A program made the position numbers and the translations under genes. This document shows positions 27,543 through 35,465 of a stretch of 64,000 bases of DNA, piece after piece. The notes beneath the pieces are model-generated. The model worked only from the letters and a program-made list of their open reading frames with translations. It was not told the DNA's origin and searched no databases. This DNA comes from a virus, in the IMG/VR virus record IMGVR_UViG_3300036817_000261, positions 1-64,000 of that record. One strand, 5' to 3'. Position 1 is the stretch's first letter. Every line of letters starts with the position of its first letter.

Positions 27543-27570
27543 ATTCTCGCAGATCCAAATCATTTGTCAA
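27543..27570 (-). promoter_or_regulatory. Promoter of the tRNA-like RNA
   Basis: TTGACA-N16-GAGAAT with extended -10 TG; 7 nt before G1. Confidence 0.65.
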
Positions 27571-27583
27571 TTAGATAATCAAA

Positions 27584-27826
27584 ATGACGCTGATTAACGT
27601 TTACTGGACGCCTCGGATCAACATGCTAGTTGTGCTCTGCGACTGCGGGGAGATCCTGCACCGGCCTAGCAACTATTCGATGGTGCAATGCCCAGTGTGC
27701 CGGAGGGCGCAGTTATGGCATGACGGAGACCCCAAGCCAAAGAAAGGCCGTTGGAGTCAGCCGGTAATGACCAACATGGTATTGACTCGAGACTTCGATC
27801 CGGTTAAAGCCGAGGCAGCGAAATGA
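27584..27826 (+). CDS. Small zinc-finger protein
   Basis: CDCG..CPVC. Confidence 0.6.
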   Translation: MTLINVYWTPRINMLVVLCDCGEILHRPSNYSMVQCPVCRRAQLWHDGDPKPKKGRWSQPVMTNMVLTRDFDPVKAEAAK

Positions 27827-27833
27827 AGGTGGC

Positions 27834-28022
27834 GTGAGTTACAAAGACATTAAAAGCTTCGAGGCTGAGAACAAGGAGTTGAAGGAAATTCTTCAGCGAG
27901 TTGTTCACTACATTGAATACTTCAAAGTCCTTGAAGCTGGACCGATTTCTTGGGGCAGTGACGATTCCACGATGGGCCACGCCAGAGAGTGGATAAAGAA
28001 GGCAAAAGAGGCTTGCAAATGA
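27834..28022 (+). CDS. Hypothetical protein
   Basis: 62-aa ORF in operon. Confidence 0.5.
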   Translation: MSYKDIKSFEAENKELKEILQRVVHYIEYFKVLEAGPISWGSDDSTMGHAREWIKKAKEACK

Positions 28023-28234
28023 TTCAGGAATTCGAGACTTGGAGCTGTCACATCTGCGGCCAGGAGCGCCCGGATGAATTGATAGGCGTCCTCAGTACCG
28101 ATGTGAGTGCTGAGCACAATCTAGCGGCTGGCACAATGACTCAAAACGTGCGTTACTGCACCGACAACCCAACCTGCCGCGAGGCGGCGACCACATACCG
28201 GTTCTTGCAGCGCAGGCATGAACGAAAGCTATGA
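28019..28234 (+). CDS. Small Cys-containing protein
   Basis: WSCHICG.ERPD..NVRYC.D...C. Confidence 0.65.
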   Translation: MIQEFETWSCHICGQERPDELIGVLSTDVSAEHNLAAGTMTQNVRYCTDNPTCREAATTYRFLQRRHERKL

Positions 28235-28521
28235 GCGATCAATTCGACACTAGCAAGTACGGCCAAATCCAGAAGCAGCAAGGAGCAGCGGAACAAATCG
28301 CAGCACGCGACACGCGCGAGCTGTTAGCGGATATGGCAAGCGAGCTAAAATTCAGTTATGCGATTCTGTGTAATGTACAAGCGCAGTTAGACAGAATCGA
28401 GAGAGTGGTCACCGGCAATCCGAGCCTGATGCAAGGCGAAGCTCACATTGGCTTGCAGCAAGAGCAGACTCCGCTAGGGCAGCAAACAGGCACTTTTGTT
28501 AGAGCCGATCAGAACTCGTGA
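28231..28521 (+). CDS. Hypothetical protein
   Basis: ATGA-coupled ORF. Confidence 0.55.
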   Translation: MSDQFDTSKYGQIQKQQGAAEQIAARDTRELLADMASELKFSYAILCNVQAQLDRIERVVTGNPSLMQGEAHIGLQQEQTPLGQQTGTFVRADQNS

Positions 28522-28889
28522 CAACGAATCTGTATTTCCAAGCTTTGCAAGCTGAGACCAAGGAACAAGCCTTGGCTTTCATACTGGCCCTAGTGAGCGA
28601 GGCCCAGAAAGCGGATCCCAAGCTGCCGTACGAGGAGGCGCTAATTCTGGTCAACGTGAACCTGGGCTACGACATCGGGTACTTGGGTGACGAAGCCAGA
28701 GCGCGCGCGCTTGAGCTGTACCCAGACGCCCAGCATCCGATCCTGGGCCGGGTCTTTGGTGATTTAGACGCAGACACGCTAATCGCCGCCGGGATGGCAT
28801 TTGCGAAGGGCGGGATAGACGCGGCTAGGCAGATAGTCAAAGACGCACGCGAACGTGGCCGAGGTCAGCCAGACGCACCATGCTCTTAG
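28518..28889 (+). CDS. Hypothetical protein
   Basis: NLGY..GY..HPI.G motif; GTGA overlap. Confidence 0.6.
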   Translation: MTTNLYFQALQAETKEQALAFILALVSEAQKADPKLPYEEALILVNVNLGYDIGYLGDEARARALELYPDAQHPILGRVFGDLDADTLIAAGMAFAKGGIDAARQIVKDARERGRGQPDAPCS

Positions 28890-28894
28890 TTGCG

Positions 28895-29062
28895 ATGAAT
28901 GACTTACGCGCAGCGCTGATTGAATGCCTCCATACTTACGGAGCCGAATGCGACTGGGTCGTAGATGAGAGCGAGCACGGCCTGAGTGTGAGTGTCCTGT
29001 ACCTCCAACCCCAGCCCGGACCACGAGAGCCGATCAGCAGGCACGCCGCCGAGTCAACATGA
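28895..29062 (+). CDS. Small hypothetical protein
   Basis: ATGA overlap with next gene. Confidence 0.45.
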   Translation: MNDLRAALIECLHTYGAECDWVVDESEHGLSVSVLYLQPQPGPREPISRHAAEST

Positions 29063-29340
29063 AAATAAGTCCAGAACAGTTGGGCAAGCTCAGCTACAAA
29101 TGGGAAGCTTTCATGGAGCTGGAACTGGGGATGCGCCTGCCTTACATCTCCTTGATCTATGCGCCTGAAGGCGGCTTAGGCTTCTTCACCAACCGCACCT
29201 CGAATAAAGAGATCGAACAGATCCTGCAAGCCGCCCTAGAGGCGATCCGAACCGAGAGACGCTGGATCAGCCTGGAGGGCGAAGTCGTCGGCGAGTTGCC
29301 TATCCCCGAGCAGCCGAAGCAGCCGCACGCCGCCGAGTAA
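29059..29340 (+). CDS. Hypothetical protein
   Basis: 93 aa; bracketed by a 14-bp direct repeat. Confidence 0.55.
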   Translation: MKISPEQLGKLSYKWEAFMELELGMRLPYISLIYAPEGGLGFFTNRTSNKEIEQILQAALEAIRTERRWISLEGEVVGELPIPEQPKQPHAAE

Positions 29341-29362
29341 ACCCGAAACCCTTATCATTCTC

Positions 29363-29572
29363 ATGCGAAGCCACGGCCTGCCTTCCAAGCTCGTGCCGTG
29401 CCTTGTGTGCCGCAAGCCTTACCGGCGCTCACCGGGTCGCGGCAACCGTCACTACTGCAGCCGCCGCTGCTACAAGATCTTTTGCCGCTTCTGCGCCGTC
29501 GCCCTCCGCGACGAAGTCCTTAGGAGCCAAATCCTCGGGCACGATTCTTCAGCCCTCGACCTCGCCGCCTGA
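29363..29572 (+). CDS. Small zinc-finger protein
   Basis: CLVC..YCSRRC. Confidence 0.55.
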   Translation: MRSHGLPSKLVPCLVCRKPYRRSPGRGNRHYCSRRCYKIFCRFCAVALRDEVLRSQILGHDSSALDLAA

Positions 29573-30040
29573 TTGAGCGGCCCGCAATCGTGCTCTGGCC
29601 TCGTCTATGCGCCTCTGGGCGAGTCGTATGTCCTGCATCCAGTAGGGCTCTGCGCCCGCCTCGAGTTTGGGATCTGGTGTAAGTGGCTCTTGTTCAGGTA
29701 GTTCTGTCATAAGATCATACAATAGAGATCATGTAAAATAGGATGAGCCAGCCTGACGCGCGCCTGGAGCGGGGGCAGGTTCCCCACGTAGGGAGGCGAC
29801 CCTCCGCGCCTAGGGAGGGTCACCCTCCGAGCGTTACGCGGCGAAACACGAAGGGGGGCATTGCCCGCTGCAAGGGTGGTCAGACCGAGCGCGCCACCCA
29901 CGCTCGTGCTCATTTGCATTTTCTTGAAAAGACCCCCACCCGGCTCTTGGGAAAAGGGGACCCTATTTGGGAGGTGGTAGTACTGGCAATTTGTGGGCAC
30001 GGGATTCTAAGGTTGCTATGCGGAAGGATCCTAGTAAGTA

Positions 30041-30454
30041 ATGAAAGTGTCAACAATAAGTAATCCCGAGGAAAAGAGGGCGCGTAACCGGGAAGCGGTG
30101 CGTCGGTATCGTGCCAATCCGAAGACGGCGTACAGTGCGGCGAGGCAGACGCGGGAGGCGCAGGCGAGGTGGCGTGAGCGGCAGAAAAAGAAAGGTAAGG
30201 CGAATGACAAGAGAGCATCTATTCAAAAGGGTCGAGGCAATGAGTGCGGTATTGCGAGAGCTACAGAAGGAACTGACAGGCCGGGAGTGGACGCATGTGC
30301 GGCACCTGCTCTCGATCTCGAGCATGACCCTGGAGGTACTTTTGTGCTACCTGAACAAGGAGCTGCAGAAGGAGCGGATGGGCTCGATGCCCAGGCAAGG
30401 ACAAGAGGCACAACCCTAAGACAGAAAGAAGGAATAGAGGTGGAAGGCTTTTAG
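30041..30454 (+). CDS. Basic-helix protein with C-terminal GIEVE motif
   Basis: NREAVRRYR N-terminus; architecture parallels 31909-32415. Confidence 0.55.
   Translation: MKVSTISNPEEKRARNREAVRRYRANPKTAYSAARQTREAQARWRERQKKKGKANDKRASIQKGRGNECGIARATEGTDRPGVDACAAPALDLEHDPGGTFVLPEQGAAEGADGLDAQARTRGTTLRQKEGIEVEGF
30204..30419 (+). CDS. Nested +1-frame helical protein
   Basis: Amphipathic; resembles 32117-32401. Confidence 0.45.
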   Translation: MTREHLFKRVEAMSAVLRELQKELTGREWTHVRHLLSISSMTLEVLLCYLNKELQKERMGSMPRQGQEAQP

Positions 30455-30598
30455 GCACCCTTCGTTAATGCTTTTGGAGTTGCGGGGGTCTTCTTTTTCA
30501 TAGGTCGCACTGGATGCCTGGGGGCTCAAGGAGGGCCTCCAACTGGGTTTCAAGCTCTTTGAGGTCCGAGCTGGAGAGAACCGCTTTTTCCCAACGGA

Positions 30599-30799
30599 TC
30601 ATAAACGCGAGCGGCGCAGATGCTCCATCACTTCATCGTTCCAAGCCTTTTGGGCATCGGCTAAATCACTCCTGATTGGTCCCTGGTAAGCGCAATCCTT
30701 GCACTCAAGCCGCCACTCCAAGGAAGGCTTTTCGCCTCGATAAGCGGTAGTTAAATTATCCGAGCCGCATCTCAAACACGGCAGAGGCTCCTCGTTCAT
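30599..30799 (-). CDS. Lar-family (restriction alleviation-like) zinc-ribbon protein
   Basis: LPCLRCGS..CKDC..GP..A..AWN. Confidence 0.75.
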   Translation of the reverse strand: MNEEPLPCLRCGSDNLTTAYRGEKPSLEWRLECKDCAYQGPIRSDLADAQKAWNDEVMEHLRRSRL

Positions 30800-30806
30800 T
30801 TGACTT

Positions 30807-31118
30807 TCATTGCTGGCCCGGTACTCGGGTCGCCTGCTCCGCGCTCCCTGGCACGTTCATGTCGAACTCCATCTGCTTAGCAGTAAACCACACCGTCAGA
30901 CGGCTCCTGGCCTGTACCATTGCCCCTAGGGCAGCGGAGAGCTCGTCGCGTAAGCGCTCCTCGTTCCAGTTCCACATGGCTTCCGCCGCCAGCACCAAGC
31001 CCACCCAGAGACACTCGCGTTCCCTCCCTGGCTGGGTCATGTCGATTAAAATTAACATCGCTAGAACGATGTGCTGCTGCGTCGGTTCTCCGATGTCAAC
31101 TCCGGGGCGCTCGCTCAT
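30807..31118 (-). CDS. Hypothetical protein
   Basis: 103-aa ORF. Confidence 0.5.
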   Translation of the reverse strand: MSERPGVDIGEPTQQHIVLAMLILIDMTQPGRERECLWVGLVLAAEAMWNWNEERLRDELSAALGAMVQARSRLTVWFTAKQMEFDMNVPGSAEQATRVPGQQ

Positions 31119-31153
31119 TTAGGGTTGAGTACTGCCGTAAGTGTTGCCGGGAT

Positions 31154-31366
31154 TTATCGGGCGCTGGATGAGGGGGCGCTTCCTGTCACTGTCTCGGCTG
31201 ATTTAACTTCCACTCTAGCTAACTTCCACTCTAGCTGCGCCAGCCGTTCTTCCAAGTTCTCCAGCTGGGCCGTATGATTCTTCAAGAGGAGCCGTACCGT
31301 GTCGATGGCACCAAAGGTCTGCTCCCTCAAAATTCGTACTTCGCGAATGAGCGAGTCAGTGCTCAT
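31154..31366 (-). CDS. Small coiled-coil protein
   Basis: ATGA overlap; contains a 16-bp tandem duplication. Confidence 0.5.
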   Translation of the reverse strand: MSTDSLIREVRILREQTFGAIDTVRLLLKNHTAQLENLEERLAQLEWKLARVEVKSAETVTGSAPSSSAR

Positions 31367-31881
31367 TGCAGGAGGGCTTTCATGTCTTCAGGACCCAGCT
31401 TACTGAAATCAATGGCCGCGTTTAAGAGCGCCCCGATCCAGCTCTCCATCCTCTTGGGATTATTCGCGCCAGCCCCCAGCTTCTCGCACTTGCCGCTTTC
31501 TCCCCGAATGATGTCCCAGCTCCAGAAATGCACCTCTTTTCCCCCGGTGCCGACTAAACAAAAAACGACCTCCTTGCGGTCAGGCCGGTCACGAGACCGC
31601 ACGAAAGGCGGCTGCTGCTGCACCGAAGTCCAGGCCTCACTGACAAAGCTCCAGGCCCGTGCGCCACCGCTAGCGATCTGTTTGCCTGCCTTCATCACCA
31701 TCGCTTTTTTCTCGGCGTCATCGCGCCACGGGCATCCGATGATCTCCACATTGCCATCCTCTTTCGCGACCACGATGGTCGGCATTACCGGTTCCCCCAG
31801 GCCGATCAGGACCTGGGCAACAAAATCGTGTGCCGTCTTGACCAGATTATCCACTACTTCAGCTTCTGTTTGCGTGCTCAT
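31363..31881 (-). CDS. Conserved phage hypothetical protein
   Basis: PWRDDAEK..FVSEAW..PDRKE motif. Confidence 0.7.
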   Translation of the reverse strand: MSTQTEAEVVDNLVKTAHDFVAQVLIGLGEPVMPTIVVAKEDGNVEIIGCPWRDDAEKKAMVMKAGKQIASGGARAWSFVSEAWTSVQQQPPFVRSRDRPDRKEVVFCLVGTGGKEVHFWSWDIIRGESGKCEKLGAGANNPKRMESWIGALLNAAIDFSKLGPEDMKALLQ

Positions 31882-31908
31882 TCAACCCTTGGTATATCAT
31901 ACCCACCC

Positions 31909-32415
31909 ATGGGTCGTCCACCGGTCAGTGCCAAAGCCAAAGAGATAAACCGCAATAATGTCCGGCGCTGGAAAGAAAAGAACCCGGATCGGGTAAAAGC
32001 CCAGCGTGCCAGGGCACGGGCTCGGACACGAGTGGAGCGGGCTATCGAAATGCGCCGCACCGATCCAACCGGCGAGCTTGCCTACGGGCCAATCGATGGT
32101 GTAGACCGGGCTCCGGATGCAAAAGAACCCGATCTCCCTCTCGCTTGCTCTGACCCAGATTCTGGAGTTAGAGAAGGACTTGCAACTGATCAAGCCCCTA
32201 GGCCCGCTCTCGAGCCACCTCCTATGGACGACCCAACGCTATCTGCGAATTCTCGCTCTGCTTTACAAGGACGCACTGGTATCATCGAACCACCTGAACT
32301 GGCCGAAGGACTGGCCGAAGAACGTGAGCGGCTCAAAAACTTCCGGCTCCTCCAAGGCCTCCACGATATCCGCGCGAAAATCGCCAGAGAAAACGGGATA
32401 GAAATCGACCTGTGA
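31909..32415 (+). CDS. Basic-helix protein with C-terminal GIEIDL motif
   Basis: GRPP..NRNNVRRWKEKNP. Confidence 0.6.
   Translation: MGRPPVSAKAKEINRNNVRRWKEKNPDRVKAQRARARARTRVERAIEMRRTDPTGELAYGPIDGVDRAPDAKEPDLPLACSDPDSGVREGLATDQAPRPALEPPPMDDPTLSANSRSALQGRTGIIEPPELAEGLAEERERLKNFRLLQGLHDIRAKIARENGIEIDL
32117..32401 (+). CDS. Nested +1-frame helical protein
   Basis: Resembles 30204-30419. Confidence 0.35.
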   Translation: MQKNPISLSLALTQILELEKDLQLIKPLGPLSSHLLWTTQRYLRILALLYKDALVSSNHLNWPKDWPKNVSGSKTSGSSKASTISARKSPEKTG

Positions 32416-32612
32416 AAGTCAAGCAGCAGGCCAAAATGATGGAGGCGCTTCCAGGTTGCCGCTGGGGAAAACCCGAGTCGAAAGATTCGACGGACGATAG
32501 CCGAGGTCGCGAATTGACGCCGGAGGTTGCGCTTAAGAACGGGGCGTCGGCACACGCCCACTCCATCACCTTACTGCCGGAATGGAAGCCGAAGTATGAA
32601 CGAGCTCATTGA
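32412..32612 (+). CDS. Hypothetical protein
   Basis: GTGA overlap. Confidence 0.4.
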   Translation: MKVKQQAKMMEALPGCRWGKPESKDSTDDSRGRELTPEVALKNGASAHAHSITLLPEWKPKYERAH

Positions 32613-32826
32613 ATTTTTCTGTCCTGCCTGCGACCACCGGATCGTCATAGAACCAAACCCCTGGGAACTTTTCGAACCGGCCCAGTTGAACATGCTGATC
32701 TGGGACATGGAACAAGGCGGCCACGGGGAACACCCCATGTGCGAGGATGCCAGGGAGGCCTTAGTCGAAATGGAGGCTAGGAAAGACCGAGGTTGTGCAG
32801 GCTCCCCTGGCCCATCGAGCCGGTGA
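32596..32826 (+). CDS. Small Cys-containing protein
   Basis: FFCPAC..HPMC. Confidence 0.45.
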   Translation: MNELIEFFCPACDHRIVIEPNPWELFEPAQLNMLIWDMEQGGHGEHPMCEDAREALVEMEARKDRGCAGSPGPSSR

Positions 32827-33097
32827 CTGTGTCGGGCGAGGCGGCATCGCAAACTCCGCTGGTGATCGTGTAGCCGTAGGGCCCGCTGGTTGAGGGGAAG
32901 CTCATAGCCCGCAGGTTGTACGGTGGCACTCCCACCTTCTGGGTCCAGGCCGATGGCATCGGCTTAACCGGCTCGCCGCCGGGGCCCCGCACGTAGCGGG
33001 GATAGGGACTGGAAGGCCGGAAATGGACTAGCTGCACATTTGTATTCGGAGCTGGACGAAACGAGCCGAATACCGGTATTATGTTCGTTTGTGGCAT
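32777..33097 (-). CDS. Pro/Ser/Gly-rich small protein
   Basis: Composition resembles other small proteins of the minus-strand structural block. Confidence 0.45.
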   Translation of the reverse strand: MPQTNIIPVFGSFRPAPNTNVQLVHFRPSSPYPRYVRGPGGEPVKPMPSAWTQKVGVPPYNLRAMSFPSTSGPYGYTITSGVCDAASPDTVTGSMGQGSLHNLGLS

Positions 33098-33534
33098 ATC
33101 AGAGAAAGATCTACGAGCCGAAATTGTGCTTAGGCTGCGGCAAGGAGTTTCAGCCGCGTAAAAACTACCACATTTATTGTTCACAGAAATGCGCGGAGCC
33201 AACTTACCGGCCAGACCGTTATCATTTTGAGAAATCCATCCCCAGCGGGACGGTGGGTGCCATTGGTGAGCTTTACGTGAGTCTCTGGCTCATGCGTAAT
33301 GGCTGGGACGTCTATCGAGCACTGAGTCCAGCTGCCAGCTGTGACATTGCGGCGATCAAAGAAAATCGCTTATATCGATTCGAGGTCCGCACAGGCTACC
33401 GCAATCGTGCCGGACAGGTGTGCTATCCCAAAAAATCTATACGAGCCGAAAACGTTGCGGTCGTCATCTACCCAGAACCAGAGCTTGTTTTCCTGCCGGA
33501 AACACCTCTGCCAGCAAAGATGCTTGAGAATTAA
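33091..33534 (+). CDS. PD-(D/E)XK endonuclease with N-terminal zinc finger (homing-endonuclease-like)
   Basis: CLGC..YCSQKC; GAIGE..GWDVY..CDI..FEVRT; start uncertain. Confidence 0.8.
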   Translation: MAYQRKIYEPKLCLGCGKEFQPRKNYHIYCSQKCAEPTYRPDRYHFEKSIPSGTVGAIGELYVSLWLMRNGWDVYRALSPAASCDIAAIKENRLYRFEVRTGYRNRAGQVCYPKKSIRAENVAVVIYPEPELVFLPETPLPAKMLEN

Positions 33535-33706
33535 TGAATCTTCGATTCTGGTCGACGCACATGAGGGCTCCTGGGGCATTGTAGGGGCTTGGCCAAGTCG
33601 TCTGAAAGGGAGCCGGTTTGCACGGCACAGGTTTCCAGCCACTGAACTTCGAGCACCCCGAATAGGGAGATTGGAAGAGGACCGACTGGACAAAGGGCCT
33701 GTTCAT
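33464..33706 (-). CDS. Pro-rich small protein
   Basis: ATGA overlap with upstream gene. Confidence 0.45.
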   Translation of the reverse strand: MNRPFVQSVLFQSPYSGCSKFSGWKPVPCKPAPFQTTWPSPYNAPGALMCVDQNRRFINSQASLLAEVFPAGKQALVLGR

Positions 33707-34125
33707 AGCGTGAACCCGGCGATGGATGCTGCGCCACTGGCAGCAGCGGCGATCCCGCCCCAACCGGTCGCTTTAAACTTGGTCCGGTGCGGCAGGAACT
33801 TGATCAGGCGCTTCTGGACGGCGTGCTGGTTGCAGATCTCGATGGCATCGTGACGCTTCTTCTCTCCCGGCCAGCGGTTAATCTGCAGCCAGCCATCATG
33901 CCAGTCATAGAAAAAGCAGCGCCAATAGCGAAAGGTCGAGCCGATTGCCGCTCGTTCAATCCGATAGGACTCCCCGCATTCGTCGCCCTGGAAATCCAGC
34001 TCGATGCCGTCAGCCTGCGCGGCGGCATTGGCTAGCAGATTGCTGTAGTTGGCCTGCGCCTGCATGAGGGCATTGGCGTCGACCGGCGCTTGCGCCTGGG
34101 CATTGGCAAAGTTGTACTCATTCAT
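33703..34125 (-). CDS. Hypothetical protein
   Basis: 140 aa; contains GIELDF. Confidence 0.6.
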   Translation of the reverse strand: MNEYNFANAQAQAPVDANALMQAQANYSNLLANAAAQADGIELDFQGDECGESYRIERAAIGSTFRYWRCFFYDWHDGWLQINRWPGEKKRHDAIEICNQHAVQKRLIKFLPHRTKFKATGWGGIAAAASGAASIAGFTL

Positions 34126-34336
34126 AGCCCACGATCTCCTTGCACTTCCAGCAGATGACGGCGCAGTAGGGCTGCTCATAGAACTCGATCCAGGGAAAGG
34201 TTTTCTTTAATCGCATCCCGCACGCGCCTCGCTGCACTTGGCCGCGCAGAAACGGATCGAAAGGTTCAGCGCCGCACTTGGGGCAGCGCCGGAAAGGAGG
34301 AAGAGTCCCCTCAAGGAGCTTGGATTCGATGGGCAT
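34118..34336 (-). CDS. Small zinc-finger protein
   Basis: CPKC..FLRGQVQR..ICWKCKEIVGYE. Confidence 0.65.
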   Translation of the reverse strand: MPIESKLLEGTLPPFRRCPKCGAEPFDPFLRGQVQRGACGMRLKKTFPWIEFYEQPYCAVICWKCKEIVGYE

Positions 34337-34553
34337 CTTTCTCTTGGCTTACGCCAAAGCCCTGTGCTATTCAAGAGCTGAAAGAGCGAGGTCCTTAAAA
34401 CGAACTCGTGAAAACCGATCAGACAGAGGCTCGGAGCTGAGTGGCTTCGAGCCTCTTGTTTTATTGTCAAGTAGTTATTTCTTCCGAGGGAGACAGTGCT
34501 GTTCTCCCAGGGCAACTTGGAAAACTAACATTTCCATTATGGTAAATTACCAT

Positions 34554-34781
34554 ATGACAACGTTAGAAAAACCTATCACTCGCAAGACCCGGCGTAACTT
34601 CATGCACTACCGGCGTCCGCTCATCGTGACGTTAACTCCGGGTGATTTGTTAACTATCCGAGAACATCGCTGCAAACGGTTAGTTTACATTGACCTGCAC
34701 GCTCTCTATGTCGAGGCCCTGCGCAGAACTATCGCCGCCGAGAAACGTGATAAGAAAAAGCAGAGGAGACGAAAAAGTTAG
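34554..34781 (+). CDS. Small basic hypothetical protein
   Basis: MTTLEKPITRKT..RPLIVTL.PGD. Confidence 0.65.
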   Translation: MTTLEKPITRKTRRNFMHYRRPLIVTLTPGDLLTIREHRCKRLVYIDLHALYVEALRRTIAAEKRDKKKQRRRKS

Positions 34782-34805
34782 GGCCCCGTTTCAGCGGAGC
34801 CCTAA
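34778..34805. terminator. Hairpin between convergent genes
   Basis: TTAGGGCCCCG-N6-CGGAGCCCTAA. Confidence 0.55.
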
Positions 34806-34872
34806 CCATGTGCTCAAATGCTATGCCAGACAAAGAAGCTAACTCGACCTCTAAGCCTCGGGCATCCAACTG

Positions 34873-35238
34873 TCAAGAGGTTGCTGGTGCAGTTGAGGGC
34901 GGAGCCGACGCTGGCGGGGTCGTGGCCGGAGGCGGATTAGCCGCCAGCGCATTTGTGATGGCTTGCTGGGCGCTTGCCAAGAGTGTCGGGTTGGGGGCGA
35001 GCTGGCTTTGGAGTTGGGCAATCGTCGCGTTGGCGGCGGTCACAGCGGCTTGATCAGTGGTCTCTGCCTTGAGGGCAGCGTTGATAGCATCGATTAAGGC
35101 TTGGACAACAGAATCATCAATAGTCATTTGGTCTAGTTTCCGGTTGATGGCTTTTAGCTCGTTGTGGATGGACTGCAATTGCTCAAACACAGCATCCACT
35201 CTGTGATTGAGGGCATTTAAAGTGAACTGTTCGCTCAC
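34873..35238 (-). CDS. Coiled-coil Ala-rich protein
   Basis: 121 aa; GTGA overlap. Confidence 0.6.
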   Translation of the reverse strand: MSEQFTLNALNHRVDAVFEQLQSIHNELKAINRKLDQMTIDDSVVQALIDAINAALKAETTDQAAVTAANATIAQLQSQLAPNPTLLASAQQAITNALAANPPPATTPPASAPPSTAPATS

Positions 35239-35465
35239 GATTTTGGCGGTTTGGAAGGGGCGGCCGTGCCCTGCGGCGGCACAAAGGTCAGGCCTTTAAT
35301 GATGCCGTCCAGTATGGTCTTAGCGCCGGTCGTCGCGTCCGTCGCGATAGTAACAGCGGGACCAATAGTTGGGATCAGGCCGGTGACCGCGCCTGCGGTT
35401 TGTTCAAACTTTTGAATAGAGGCCAGCACGTTATCTGCGTCTTGGAGTAATTGGGCGAATGTCAT
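35235..35465 (-). CDS. Small hypothetical protein (lysis region)
   Basis: ATGA overlap. Confidence 0.6.
   Translation of the reverse strand: MTFAQLLQDADNVLASIQKFEQTAGAVTGLIPTIGPAVTIATDATTGAKTILDGIIKGLTFVPPQGTAAPSKPPKS

Noticed and set aside
31274-31948. 224-aa plus-strand ORF
   Set aside because: Antisense shadow of the conserved 31363-31881 gene.
34378-34421. Hammerhead ribozyme (CTGA..GAG..GAAA)
   Set aside because: Core spacing does not fit CUGANGA/GAAA and stems I/III are missing.
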